A DNA stretch of 64,000 nt from the human T2T-CHM13v2.0 reference genome, Homo sapiens. The stretch lies in NCBI RefSeq assembly GCF_009914755.1, contig NC_060938.1, one strand, 5' to 3'. Shown here one piece after another: positions 34,386 to 49,112 of this stretch (within the stretch, counting starts at the first letter, position 1; every line of letters starts with the position of its first letter). The position numbers and the translations under genes are program-made. The notes under the pieces are model-generated. The model had not been told where the DNA came from. It made no database searches and saw nothing but the letters and a program-made list of their open reading frames with translations.

Positions 34386-36666
34386 ATACTAAATATTTTT
34401 AATTTTCAGTTTTCAGGAATGTGCCAAGAAAATTAAAAATATTTCTTTTTGTTTTCATGAAATATATATGCATTCTTTACTGGCAGTACAACCTATGATT
34501 AATGGTACAATTGTAGAAGGATATGAAGTTTTGCACAATAACATAATGAGTAGTTTGATGTAGATGATTAATGAGAGATTTCTCCTGTCATGCTCTAAAG
34601 ATAAATTTCATTAAAAGGAAATATTTGATGCATTATATATTTAGTTGTCTCAATTTTCAAAAGTATGTGGCTATGTGTAAATCAGTCAGATATTTCAGTG
34701 TCTGGCATTTTGCTGTAATCAACCTCTTAGTTTTTGTTATCTCCTAGGTCTTAAAATGTCACATTGAATGGCAACAATGTCAAAATCATCTCTGTAACAC
34801 CTATATCACAAAGCACAAAAAAGTAAAGTTTCAGAACTAAAAGGCCAGTCTCTGCTTTCAACATATCACAGATGAATCCATGATTAGGAAATGAAGAATA
34901 AAGAGACTCCTGTAATTTGTCCAGTGTGTTTTCTTCAACAGTGTAACCCATTCCTTCCGGAGTCATACATCAGATGCATGAGGAAAAAATCCTTATTAAA
35001 TTGTCAGTAATCAGTGTTACAGTCTAACTTTCCATATTTTATGGATAAAATTCCCTTTTATTCTTGCAGCTGGTGGTAAATGCCCCGTCAACCAAGGAGT
35101 CAAGGAAGAGAATGATGAATCCTGCTTACTAAAGCTATTAGTCTGAATGTTTTTCTCTAATTCTCCAAAAAAATCTAAAATTTAAGATAAGGATAGATAA
35201 GAAATTTCAGATATTAGTCTTTCATTCTGTCTGAGAGGTTTGAAGACTTGAATTAAAAGGATCTTATCTGCAAGCAAAATACCACATGTCAGAATATCAA
35301 ATGGCTCAAACCTAATTTTCATCTTTTTATGAATGTGTGAAATATCTTAATGGGATTTCCACCAGTTAATTCAAGAAGACACTTCACCATACAGCTAAAG
35401 ATTTAAATATTTTACTTTCATTATAGCATATACATAGGCCTGACAGGAAACTCTGTAAGCTTTGTAGTGTTCAGCAAACACTAGACATGCAAAACAAGTA
35501 ATATTTTGCACAAGCTTGGGATTAGGTTTTAGCTAAAATGAACATGTGACTTCTGGTCTTTCCTCAGATATCATTTGGTTCATTTTTAAGAAAGAGAATG
35601 GAATAATGTAAGTTGAAGACCTGTAATCCCCACAAAGTGGAAAATATATATTGCATACACACACATACATACAAACACATGCACACACATACGAATTAGC
35701 ATTTGGAATTTTAAACTTTATTTTTATTTTTAATTTTGGACCGTTATTTATTGGTCATTCTCAGCAATCACAATTAAAAAGCATGTTTAAGTCGTCTCAT
35801 AAGCTGTTTCTACTCTATTTAATTTGTGCAATTGACAAAAACATGCTCTCTCTCCCGCTGGGAAAATTGCTTGTCAGGAAGAATGCAGGCTGGGTTTCAG
35901 TCTCCAGCTGCTTTTTTGGGCAAGTTTCTTTGTGCAGTGCACGACTGAAAAACTGTATGTGGCAACCTGGCCATCACTAAAGTGGAAGCAAGGAGTAGAC
36001 AAAGATCAAGAGAGAAAGGCTTTTGATATAAGAATTAGAGAATGAGACAAAAAAGTAATTTTACTCAATCACGAAGGGCTTATCTAATTAAGCAGAGGCT
36101 GATTGAGTTCTAGACAAAAGAAAGAACAGTAATAAATAGATATTACACCAGTTAAAGTGCATTTACAGAATTGGAGTAGGCCTATCAGCCCACAGCCTCA
36201 CAGGACATATAGTAATCACTTCTTCTTTGTGGTTACTTTAAACGTTGATGAAAGATTCTTGGGCAGTGTGATAGGAGGGCTTCATAAAATGCTATCTCAA
36301 GATGCTCTAGATCAAGCATTTAATTACCCTCTACTTGGATTTAGAAATTCAATGGAATATTAAAAAATATGTAGCTTCTGGTATTTCTTGTCACTCCCTA
36401 AAAACTTTCAAATGTGTTTCCCATATAAGGTATTTTCTGCCGATTATCAACAAATTCTTTCATATAGTAACATTATTCTGTCTCCCAGGTGCATATTTTT
36501 TTAACCCAAATTCCAGTCTAACATGTGCCCCTGGGCAGCTCAAGTGGCACTGGAGATCCGAGAATCAACATAAACACAGATATCACAAGGGACAAAAGGA
36601 CCTGTTAACACCCCACCACATGGAAGTAAACCCCAAAGCCAGTGCAAGTCTGTGTGTGTGTATACA

Positions 36667-36668
<2 letters not shown>

Positions 36669-36704
<36 letters not shown>
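36669..36704. repeat. (TA)18 microsatellite
   Basis: Read directly. Confidence 0.95.
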
Positions 36705-36711
<7 letters not shown>

Positions 36712-38829
36712 ATATTTTTCTATAAGATTCTTTCAAGGAAAGGAGTATGTCAAATATTACAGAAAACATTATAGAAATCTCATTGAAATGATACTATAGT
36801 ATATTTTGGAAATGTAAAACATTTTTTATTTCCCAAGAAAATTCTAAAATGTTTATTTGATTTATAAAATGGGGACTTCACTCACCAGTTTAAGTGATGA
36901 GAACATTCTCTTTATATGTCAAAAACCCAGTAATCCACAGGAAGTTCCAACTTCCTTGGAAAGCAATATAAATTACAGAGTTCTTCACAAAGTGCTGCCA
37001 GCATGGAGCTGCTTAGTTTCAACTCAGGCTAGAAAACAAATGAAGCACTTGCTGTTTTACTCGTCTTCCTTGTTACTCAAAAAATACACTTGTGAATTGC
37101 TCAGTATCTAACAAGGCTTAGGGAAAGAGATCTGTTAGCAGTGAATTACCTGTTACTGGTTTTTACCTATAGAAAGTAGAAAATATGCTTGTTTTCTTTA
37201 TGCATGAGTACTAACATCTGTTTAATCATGGTGTGATATAACTCAACAATGTCATTCCTACTGTTTTCATTATCACCAATAAATAAACTCTGGTGAACTA
37301 TATTAATCCAATCACCAGACATTTCTGTATAGATGAAGAATGTCATGATCATTGCACTCAGTGGTTCAATTATATCAGATAACTACAGAAGACTAAGTAA
37401 AATCAAAATAATATATCGACATACTCAAAATTATTATTTAATTATCATTTCAGAATTCCCAATCTAATTCTAATTTTCCTGACAACCTATAATCGACGTA
37501 AAATTAAGGCAAGAAGAGAAAAACCCACAAGCTTAGAAAGAACAGACACTCTCATTATAATTTGGTGACTCCTTTCATTACATAAGGTAAAACAAACTGC
37601 AAGAAGATAAATTATTGTTCCGATAATTTTATTATCAAAATCATAAAAGTTTCCTGCATTTTAAATTTATCTGTCTTATTTCTTCTCTCATCCTATACCC
37701 TAAGCCTTTAGTAATGTGTAATACCCTGCGTAGTTATGTTATTAGCTAAATGTAGTTGACCATTATTTCAGGAGCTCTGCACTTGAAGACTGAAAACTTC
37801 TGTTTTTCTCCCTTAGTAAATACTGGATCCACATTTTTAAAAACCTATTCCAATTATATATTCCAAATTAACACGCCAATTATCTTTTATAAAATAGCTT
37901 AATAAGTCTGAAATTAAATGTATTTGCCAGTTGTTGATTATAATTTTATATGCCAAATGGTTAGGTATAGGCTCTAGGCTTAAGGGAGATTGTTACTATG
38001 ACTTCATGAATTAATAAAGTGAATTAAAGCAATTATCCATGCTATTATGGCAAAAATAAAATTATAAGATATGAGATAATGTCTAGTACAAAGAGCAAAA
38101 GACTAAGAATTTAAAAACTTAGATCTACACATTACTAAACAATTGAGTGACTTTGGGCAAGCTATTCGAGTGCTCATAGGTCCCACATTCTTCAGGTAAT
38201 TCCTAGGTGTAAGAGTTAGTCTAAAATCTGTAATATGTCTTCAAACTCCAGATTTTACTGATTTATGTATTATATGACAAATATTTCCAAGTCTGTTTCA
38301 TTTAGGTAGATGATATAGTTCATAGCTTAACTGCATACTTTATAAAAAACTGTTTCACTATATGATGACTGAGTGGTGGTTATATAAAAGAAAAACGTTG
38401 GACCATATTAGATATATAAGAGGCATCTACCTCTTTTAATTCATTCACCTACTAAAGCTAGACAGACAATATCCAATGATCAATATATCTGTGGTTAGTA
38501 TGATGGGCATACTTATACAAGCGGGAATTCACATTCATTTTCCTAACCTGAGCTGACTTGAAATTAAAGAATTACATTGTTATATGCTATTTAGCATAAT
38601 AATTTAATAATTTAGAAATTCATAATGTGAGTATATTTTGAACTCATGGAATCAGTGTCCCAGTAAACTTAATTACTTGAAATATTCTTAGGAGTTCATA
38701 AAAAATAAAAAGTGAGGAGGAAAAACTCTTACAATAACGATCCATCGTTTTTCTTGGGATAACGGCAGCATCAAGCAAAGTCCAGAAATCATTGACTCAA
38801 CAATATGTATTATTCATGATTTTTTTCAA

Positions 38830-39830
38830 GCATTCAATATTTTTATTAACTGCCTAATAACTTTAGTAGTTTATTGAGTTGCATGAACTTAACCTTTATG
38901 GAAATTATATTATAGAGGAAAAGAAGAAAACATTATCAGGCAATTATTTAGATAAAACTGATAATTGCCATGAAAGAAAACATAAAAGTATTTGATTTAG
39001 AGTAGGGATTTGTCCTAGTTCATCTATGTTGTTATAGCTGAATACTTGAGACTGGCTAATTTATAAAGAAACTACATTTATTTCTCACACTTCTGAAGGC
39101 TTGGAGTTTGAGATCAAGGAACCAGCAGGTTCAGTGTCTGGTGACGGCCCATCTCCACTTCTAAGATGGTGCCTTGTTGCTGCATCCTGGGGAGGACCAG
39201 AACTCTGTGCTCTCACACTGCAGAAGAGCAGGCCAAAATAGACCACACTCCCTCTTCAAGCCCTTTTATAATCATTAATCCATTAATGAGGGCAGTCTTG
39301 ACCTAAACACCTCCTGAAAAGCTTCACCTCCCAACACTATTGCATTGGGGATTATATTTCCAACACATGAATTTTATGGGAAACATTCACATGATATCAG
39401 GATTTTAAAACAATGATGAGAAAATGATATTGAGGTGAGATCTGAAGGATAAGCACAAGTTAACTAAGCCAATAGTTACAGGGCAGGGAAAAAGAGGCTT
39501 AGGAAACAGCCTTTTCAAACCTACTTCCTGAAGCTGCAGGAAATATGGTAAACTTGAACAAGGTAAGTACACCAATACTGCTGAAGAAATTAAAACGAGA
39601 TTGTGACCAGAACAAAATAAGGCTTGAGGAGTAACTTGGAGCCTTATAAGCCGTGTGAGCAGTTTTGTCTTTAATTTCAAGAACAATAGAAAACCTTTGA
39701 AAAATGCTTGAAAAGGAGTATATTTCTGGAGAAAGTGATGAATTTACCTTTGGAATATGTTGTGTCTAATCTACATTTTGACTTACAAGTAAAGATGTCA
39801 AATGGACAATTAGAAACTGTTCATTTAAAT
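38830..39830 (-). mobile_element. L2 fragment split by an MST LTR
   Basis: cattcaatattttt, tgagatctgaagga and gacttacaagtaaagatgtcaaatggacaattaga are L2-like; highly diverged. Confidence 0.55.
39011..39399 (-). mobile_element. MST-family MaLR solo LTR
   Basis: tgtcctagtt...atatca termini; perfect 5-bp TSD ggatt at 39006-39010 and 39400-39404. Confidence 0.88.
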
Positions 39831-40801
39831 GTATTTTCTGTTTTCTTAAGACAAAACAGTTTTAGAAGTGGAAAAGGTAAACTTCCAGAAAGTAGAATAT
39901 AAATAAATTCATGTTACGTGAAACAATAAAATACTGTATGGGTAAGAATTTAATACTCATATGTTTATTAAAATAATCCATAAATAAAGCAATCGGTGTT
40001 GATCATAATATGTAAACTTATATTATCTCCAGGTGATCCTAAAAGGTTTGCCCTGAGGCTGAACTTTTTTCTTAAGGACATATTACCTATGTCTTAACAA
40101 ATATTACCATGCTTTAATCTAAACTAGAAATATTTCAGCCCTGTTTTATACTTAAGTATAAGTACTTTTTAAAGTGTAAGTACTTGATTTTTTATTTTCT
40201 TTTACATTTGAAAAATAATAAGAGCTATTCAACATAAGATGCATGGTATGCATAAAAAGTTAAATGACATTTTGACTTTCATCCTTTTTTTCCAATAAAA
40301 TGAGAAACTCCAACATCAAAGGATTGGAGCAAATATAACTAAAATGATAATTAGCAAGTAAGTTAAAGAGAATTAATAATCCATGAGTAATTTGGGTCAG
40401 GAATTCTTAGCGTCGTCTTTTTAGGAATTATCCTGCTTATAACAGGTCCAAGAGTTTGCATGTTTGGAGAGATAACAGGATAGAAATTCACAGAAAAATA
40501 AATCTAGCTGATATTACAAATACAGCACCGATTTAAAAAAATGACTTTTTCTCCGTCACAGATTTTCATGTAAAACCTCAAGAACTGAGGCTTCTCCAGG
40601 TATTTTACATAACAGTGACCATGTAACTATAGACTGCTAAGAGTTGCCCATAGTTTAATGGATCATAGTTGCTGGTTTCCTTTTGGAAGAATTTCCTTAC
40701 CCACACGTGGCAAATGTGGTTACAGATGGTGTCAGACTAGGTTTCCAAATGGAATCAGAAGCCAACTGAAATATAAATAATACTTATAAAATGATATTGG
40801 G

Positions 40802-41118
<317 letters not shown>

Positions 41119-41994
41119 CGTGGTTCTTTTCTTTATGGGTCTCTCTATCAAGGATTCCCTAAGTAATTATACATTGAGCTTTGTCTTCCTTTGGTAAAGA
41201 CAACGTCTATGTTCCAACACACACACGAACACACTCAACAGTTTCTCGGTGTTCTGTAGATAAAAACTAAGAAAGGACATTCTGATGAGGGGAGAATACA
41301 GAACAGGCTTAAGAGAAGCATGGGCTGTCAAAGGCCCTTAGACTACTTTGCTATTAAGCTCATGAGAGAGAGAGAATCTGTGAACAACACAGTTTGCTGC
41401 TCAGGATTCCACAAGAATAAACAAGTCACCTTTGTTCCCATTCTACTGCTGCACAGAATCCATCACTAACTTTAACTTCCTCACTTCCTCCCCAGTTAGA
41501 AATTTTATAAACATCTGGAGACGTAGTACCCTTGGCATTGACATCAGCATTTTCATTCTAGGTGATGGCAACACTAAAACTTCTTCAATGGAAATTTCAT
41601 GAAACAGTGGCTTGGACAAGTAGAGTCACACAGCAGAAACAAAGCTGACAGTTTTCACACATAAGGAATCTTCAGGGACTCCCCAAAATAAATGAGGATA
41701 TTTTTATGTTTGGAGGGCAGAGGTACTGAGGCTCTTCCTATATGAAGGTAGAGGTCATTCACCCAGTAAACATTTGGGTTACAAGTAATTATTCTCAGAA
41801 AAATATTAAATACCCATAACATCTCAGGCTTTACCAGCCCTCTCAGATAAATGTGGCCACTATCACAAAATACCAACCCGAGTATGTTAGCTACATTCAG
41901 TCCTTTCCAGGATATTTTTGTTTTGTTTTGTTTTCCTGTATTACTCATTATGAGCCACACAGGGAGGATTCTTTCTCTTTCTGTTGTCTTGGGT

Positions 41995-42097
41995 TGGGTT
42001 AGCCAGGGTTCTCCAGAGAAACAGAACCATTAGGATGGAGATATAGCTATCTATCTTTATCTATCTATCTATATATCTATCTATCATCTATCTATCA

Positions 42098-42149
<52 letters not shown>

Positions 42150-42565
42150 GAATTGGCTCACATGATTGTGGAGGCTGAGAAGTGCTGGGGTCTGCTGTTT
42201 GTAAGGCAGAGAATCAGGAAAACCAGTGGTGTAGTTCCAGTTCATGGCTGAAGGCCTACACACTAGGAAGGCTGATGATGTGAGTTCTAGTCCAAGAGAA
42301 CCAGAACTAGATGTGAGAACCAGAAGGCCAATGGTATAATTCCAGCCTAAAGGCAGGAGAGGGCTGATGTCCCAGCTTAAGCAATCAGAGAGAGAGAGGA
42401 AGAATTATCTGTTTCTCCACCTTCTCATTCTATTCAGGCCTTCAACAGATTAGATAATGTTTACTCACACTGGGGAGATGGATCTGCTTTACCTAGTCTA
42501 CCAATTCAAATGCAGCTGGGCACACCTGGAGCCAGTCAGGTTGACACCTAAGATAAACCATCACA
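41995..42565 (-). mobile_element. MLT2B-like ERVL solo LTR containing an STR
   Basis: ttagccagggttctccagagaaacagaacc ... gttgacacctaagataaaccatcaca; TSD tgggt/tggct. Confidence 0.88.
42047..42149. repeat. Compound (TCTA)n tetranucleotide STR
   Basis: Interrupted TCTA/TATC array with an uninterrupted distal run of about 12 units. Confidence 0.95.
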
Positions 42566-42569
42566 TGGC

Positions 42570-43030
42570 TATTTTCCATTTAACACTTCTTCCCATTTTT
42601 CTGTCCCAATTGTGCATTGGGAGAGTGACAATGCAAATTGTATTCTCTCGGCACTTTTGCCAATTGGCTTCCTGATGGACTTAGCAAACAGAGAGTCATA
42701 TGTAGGAGATTTGAATGCAATAGGAAAGAGGACCCTGGGCAGTTCTTCTCTGCTCCAGCCCTGAATTTCTGACAGTAGCTGCCATCCTTCAGGACAACAG
42801 CTCCCACCAGGCAGCCTGTCCTTCATGACTCACTTTCTGGGCTCTGGAAATCCTATTTCCTCCACTTGTTCTCTCAATTCTAGGAATATTAATATTTTAA
42901 CATCCTTGTTTGCTCTTGCCCATGCTTCCGTAAGTAGTTCCTTCCATAAAGTCTCCTCACTTGAACCTTCTGAAGTTAATCCCATTTGTTCCAAAAACAA
43001 GGATGTTGTCAAACCAATTTTTTTCCCTCA
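42570..43030 (+). mobile_element. LTR16-like ERVL LTR
   Basis: tggcttcctg..ggagattt, cagctccc and ttccttccataaagtctcctc motifs. Boundaries are approximate. Confidence 0.55.
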
Positions 43031-43688
43031 CAATCATTGATGACTAAGGTGCCACCATACAGTTTCCCCACCTCTGCTTCTCACTGGTGCTACACAAAAC
43101 TTAGAACTCTATTCAGGCTCTTGCGTTTTGGCCACTACAGCAGCTGCCATTACCTAAGATGGCAGCTGGGGTGAATGTTGCAGAAACAGGAAAATACCTG
43201 CTATCACTGATTCTGGAGATTTTTAATAGTTTGCTGTTCTTTTGAAGAGACTCTGGGCATTTTCTTTTGGTGGTATGCTTAATTGAAAAACAGAGAAAGG
43301 AATGAGCTGGGGGAAGAAATTATTTCAATAGTGTTGCTTGGGTAGAGAAGTATTACAGCTTTTCTATTCCTACTGAAGTTGCATTATTCCTGATGTTGGG
43401 CCATTAAGAAGAGTTTGGCAGTAAGTTAAATATAAAATAGTTGTTTTAAAAAATACAATTAATTCTGGAGGAGGAAAATATAATACTATGACTTTTAGTA
43501 ATCCCCTTGAGAGAAGGCAAAAAGCAATGTCTCTCTTTTTACACAAAATTTTGAACAAACAAGCATGCTGTACAAGGGACAGAAAATTGGTTGCAAGATG
43601 TAGCCTACTCAGATGATAATGTGCTTTATTAAGATACTGTTCTCTAAAAGGTACTAAAAAAATCAGTTTTATGAAAATAAGCAGTAGA

Positions 43689-43986
<298 letters not shown>

Positions 43987-46900
43987 TTAACTGAAAGGGC
44001 TATCTGTGCATATATTTATTTATCCATAGCAAGTCTTGAGGAGTTTATTTGAGGCGTGAAAAAAAATTTAAGATGGGTAGGTGGTGTTGAGAGTGATTAA
44101 ACGAACACTATATGATAAAAACTCTACATATTTAGACAAGAAGAAACAAGTAATGACAATTCTGAGGTGTCAAAGTGAATAAAACCTTTTTGAAAAGGCT
44201 TCCCAAGCCCCACAAGACCAACTTAAATATCCCTCCTATGTGTTATCATTACACCCATGGCAGTACTTGACACTTCCACTCATTACCTGATCACTTGCAA
44301 ACTTTCTCCACCATTACAGCATTCTATGCCAAGCACCTATCGCATGATCTAAAGAACATGAATAATAAATTAAATTTTTTTATGTAATAAAGAGATGATA
44401 TCAGTATGATTTTTTTTTCAATCTTTTCTTGCTAGGGAATTGAAGACACTGCGTAGCTAACAAAAATGCCTCAATTCTGGACTCAGTAATTTCTTCCTCA
44501 ACAGTGTTTACATGTTAACTATTGCTTACAGGATAAAGGCTAAAGCCTTGACATACAAGCTCCTTCCCAAATGGATGCCACCTCATCTATACTTTGTAGC
44601 ATACATGCAATACTTCAGCCATACTTAATTTTAATAGGGTTTCTTTACTTCCTTGCATTGCAAAATATAATTCCTCTATATAAGATTTCCTACTCCTTCA
44701 TTTTTATCAAATTTCTACTGACCTGTCTAGGTCCTGCTCTAATATTCTTTTCAGTGAATTTCACACCCAAGAAAGATATAGCTTATTTCCCCTTAGAGCT
44801 TTATGTTTAAATTGGCAAGATGGCTCTCAGAGAAGTAGGGCCTAGCCAACTCTCTAAAAGGAAATCTGTTTTGTAGTCACTGTTCCTCAAACTTCTGCTA
44901 TTCCCAAGGTGCTGATTAGCTAGATATCTCATTTCTATTCCTTGGGATGCCGCCATTTCATTCTGACTGTATTTAGAGTACACATTACCCCCACAGTATA
45001 AGGAAGGGAAGGGGAGGGAAGGGGAGTGGGGAGAGCAGAAGCGGGAGAGGACAGGAGAAGGGAAAGAGAAAGCGATCACCTATTATTCTTATCTCTATTT
45101 GTAGATACACCCAAACCTTTAAGTGTTTTACTTTCCAAAATTATCTTATTAATTTTTCACATAAGCTAGTAGTGATGAAAGGCACTACTTAGAAATCTGG
45201 AGATAGCCAAAATAAACCGTCCAGTGCACAGTTTTTCATTCTGAGAATGATTTATTTAGCTAAAACTAGATCTGGACAATGGGAAGATTTTTTTACACTG
45301 TCTATGAGCACAGGAAAATTGCTCATGGCTTCAGCCAATGAACTTCTTAAAAAATAAAACATACACTGTAGAGAACAAATTAAAGCTCACTCTGTTTTCT
45401 ATAAAAAGTATATTTATTTCTCTTTATTAGGTCATATAAGATGCTAACATGTAATAATGGCATTATTTGTTACGTGATATCTAATCGTAGTCTTTGCCAA
45501 AATGTTTTCCACTTCATTATGGGGGGCTTTTCGCATTTTTCAGGAATCTATGTACTCACTAGAATATTATTAGAAACACATTTTTTTCTGACACATTCAT
45601 GCATGAGGTTACCAAGAATAGAGAACAAGAGTGGATAAAAATTTGCAATAAGACTGGTCATTGAATCCACTGAACTGAAAGTTGAGAAAAAAATTAATAA
45701 AAGAAAAAAGACTAATCTGAAACAAGTTCAAACATGGAAAATATTTTCCTAATTTATAACTAAAAAAACTTCTTCCTTCACTAATCTTTTTTTTTCAGTG
45801 CAGTCCATTATGTCTTAAACTGTATAGAAATTAGTACTGATTGACTTATTAAGTCTGTCAAAAGAATCTGTTTGCGTTTACTATCAAAGTTACATCCAAA
45901 GACCACATAATCTGATACTTCTCTACTCCATATTGGAGCCATGTGAAAGATACTGAAAGAGCATCTTCCTTCCCAGAGGGTCATGCTTTTTATTGGATAA
46001 AATTATCTACAGATTTCCTTTATAAAATGTCATCAGATCTCAAGTATTATGTAAATAATATGTTCTCAAATATTATATAAACACATAAGGGGATTCTAAA
46101 TTATATGCCACTTCAGGAATACAAACATGGATAACTTAAAGGAGGTAAAAATTCCTTACCAAATTATTCACTGAGTGGTATACTTAAAGAAACTCAAATA
46201 TTTGAGGAGGATGATGGGGCTAATTTTATGGATATTTCATATTTACACAGAGTCATTTAGAACATATTTTTCAAAATACTGAAATCACCTCATTAACTTA
46301 TGCAACTTCCTTTTCAGGTGTTACTGAAAGAGATGATGGAGAGTGAGTGAAAGAGAGAGAGATGATAGATAGGTGATAGATAGATGATAATGTAGAGAGC
46401 TAAAGAGGGTCACAGAGTAGTCAGTTGATTTACACAGCTGCTGAAAGGGGCGAGTCCACAAACTGGAAAACATCATTGATCCATAGAATCTATGGCTTGG
46501 TAAACTACCTAAAATTCTCTCCTATATTTTCAGCATCTCCCTAGGGTTCATACTGCTTTATAAGCAGTAAAAATAACCAAATATAACATATTTATATCTG
46601 TATATTTCTAATTTAAAGTGACATCTTTTTTTAGAAACTCTATAAAAAAGTAATAGTCACATAAGTCACTCTCGTATATGTCTATTTTGTTCCCTTGTTA
46701 AGAGCAACTTTATCATTACTTGTTTGGAAAGCCGATTTTCCTTTAAAGGAAAATCTTAGTATTTTCTCCCCTATATTTCTTTGTTTTAAACCAAGGAAGT
46801 TGGATTAAGTAATCTTTAAGGTATCTTTTGTTTCTAAGATTCTCTGAATCCTACCCTCACTTGGATCAGGGAGGGTAAGGCAGTGAGGAAATTGATCTGA

Positions 46901-47084
46901 GATGAGTAAAGAAGGAAATAGCTATTGATCTGGGCCTTGAATCATGGGCAGATTTTTGACAGCTGAAGTTAAAAATCACTCCCATTATAGGTGCAAAGGA
47001 CAGCAGACGCAAATGGCATGGAAGTGGAATAGTAAGTAGACTTATAAAGAAGAATCATCCCAGTTAGGGTGGAGGCTTGGAAGG

Positions 47085-47100
47085 TCTCTCAATCTCTCAA

Positions 47101-47134
<34 letters not shown>

Positions 47135-47224
47135 TCCCTCTCCCCTTCTCCCCCTCTCTCCCCTCCCCCTCTCCCTCTCCTCTCTCTCTCTCTCTCTCTC
47201 TGTCTCTGTGTGTGTGTGTGTGTG
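47085..47224. repeat. (CT)n / C-rich polypyrimidine tract followed by (TG)9
   Basis: Read directly. Confidence 0.95.
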
Positions 47225-48309
47225 ATCTCTCTCTGTTTCAACAAGCACTCTAAATGAGTCTGGTATAGATGATCTACAAATGACACAGAGTGATAATGAG
47301 AAGGATACAGAGGTGGTAGGAAGCTGAATAGGTTAATAAACAATTCAACACATTAGAGGTGCTCAGTAACTCACGACAGCATTAAGCTCAACTCCTCTGA
47401 GAATCTCCTTTTTCCCCCTATTTCTTTTTCATGATTTAAGCATTTGGCTTATTATTTTAGCCTTGTTATTCTAAGTGGTTTATTATTCTTGGTGAATAGA
47501 GAATTATTCTAATGGTGCTTATTATTCTATTCATTACAACTTCAGGCTGATTAGGAGTGAATAGCTGCTGAGGAGCCTTTCCAATAGCAAAATTAGATTT
47601 CTATAATTTTATGGTGCTTATTTTTCAGTATCAGTAATTGTTCTGGAATTTTCCATCACTTAACAATCCCTTTCTCTGCTTCAAACTACTGAGATATAGT
47701 CCAGTGATTACAAAATAAAGACATCTCTTTATGGAGTAAAAAGAATCTTATTTTCAAATGACTCTATATTTAACATGATGTTTCACTTCCTAAAAGTATC
47801 TCACAACCCTGTTTCATTTACAATAAATAGCGTATGGCAAAGATGATGCAATGATACTCCCATGGTTACTTTATGATGTGGCTATATAAGTCTTTGCCTT
47901 GCTAGGATGAACTAGAGAGATTCCATATTTTAGCTCATACTCACAGGATTCCAGACACTTTATGTCTTCCCTTCTTGCTTCCTTGCCTGCCCCATGGACT
48001 TCAGACTTGCTTAGCCAGTCCTTTAATACACTGTAATTTGTACATAACGTATGCATATACATACGTGTGCACATGTGTGAGAGAAAGAGTGTGAACTACT
48101 GCTTCTCCGGCAGAGCCTTAATTCCATCTTCATCCCCAATGTTATTATTATTCTTTTACAGTATTTGCATTCTGTTCTATAACAATAACTGTCTTCCTAG
48201 TTTCTCCATACATTAACTCAAAGATTGAAAGCACGGCTCTTATGTGTTATCTTTTTGTGAAATTCAGTACTGGGATTGAACATATGAGATAGAAGATATT
48301 ATTTTATGT

Positions 48310-48700
48310 TGTTAGAGTAACACACTGCAATGCCATTAGAATGGAGCAGCTCTAACATCCTGAGTTTCTACATAAGCAAAGCAAAACTCAACTCACTGCG
48401 AATGGTCATAGCCTAGGAAAATAAAACTCAAGCTTAAGTAATCAGAAACTGCCAAGTAAATTCTAACTAGAGATTTTACCAATTAAAATCCATGAATTAA
48501 CCTCTCATCTCACTAGGGACCTTCCACTTTAACCAATCAAATATATTTTTGTCTTGCTCCCTCACACACTTAAGAGTTTTTCCCTTGTACCCTTTTGGTG
48601 GAGCTCAAACCACTTGTGATTTGGAGCTGCCTGATTCAGGAATCATTGTCTGTTCAATTACACTCTAAAATTTTACTGTGCCTAAGTTTATTTTTTAACA
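48310..48700 (+). mobile_element. ERV solo LTR (LTR47-like; family uncertain)
   Basis: tgtta...ttaaca termini; internal aaccaatca/aactag repeats; gctgcctgattca..aatc. Confidence 0.55.
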
Positions 48701-49112
48701 GTGGTCATTAAATATTTGCTGTTCAAAGGTACCATTATTAAAAAAGGGAACAGATAGGAAGGGCAACATATGGGAATTGCTATTTAAATTATCCTTTTAA
48801 TTTATCTATTATTATCACGGAAAAGTGTTCCATGTCACTGATCACGCTCATAACTGATTTTCTGATTTTCAGATCTCAAGCTTGTTCATGTATTTTAATC
48901 ATACTACAAAAAAAGTATTTGCTATATTCCACCCCTCATTGTATTCAGCCTTCTTACTAATAACAAACAGATTTTTTTATTTAATCACACTATTCATTTT
49001 CTTTCTTAGGACATTCTCATGGGGTCTTCATTACATAATTTGGACTAATTTTATTGTAGCCTGTTGCATGCCTGTCATCACTTTCATCTCACTGCCGATC
49101 TGAATTATTCTT

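Noticed and set aside
37167-37352. 61-aa minus-strand ORF
   Set aside because: No recognisable similarity; the length is within chance expectation.
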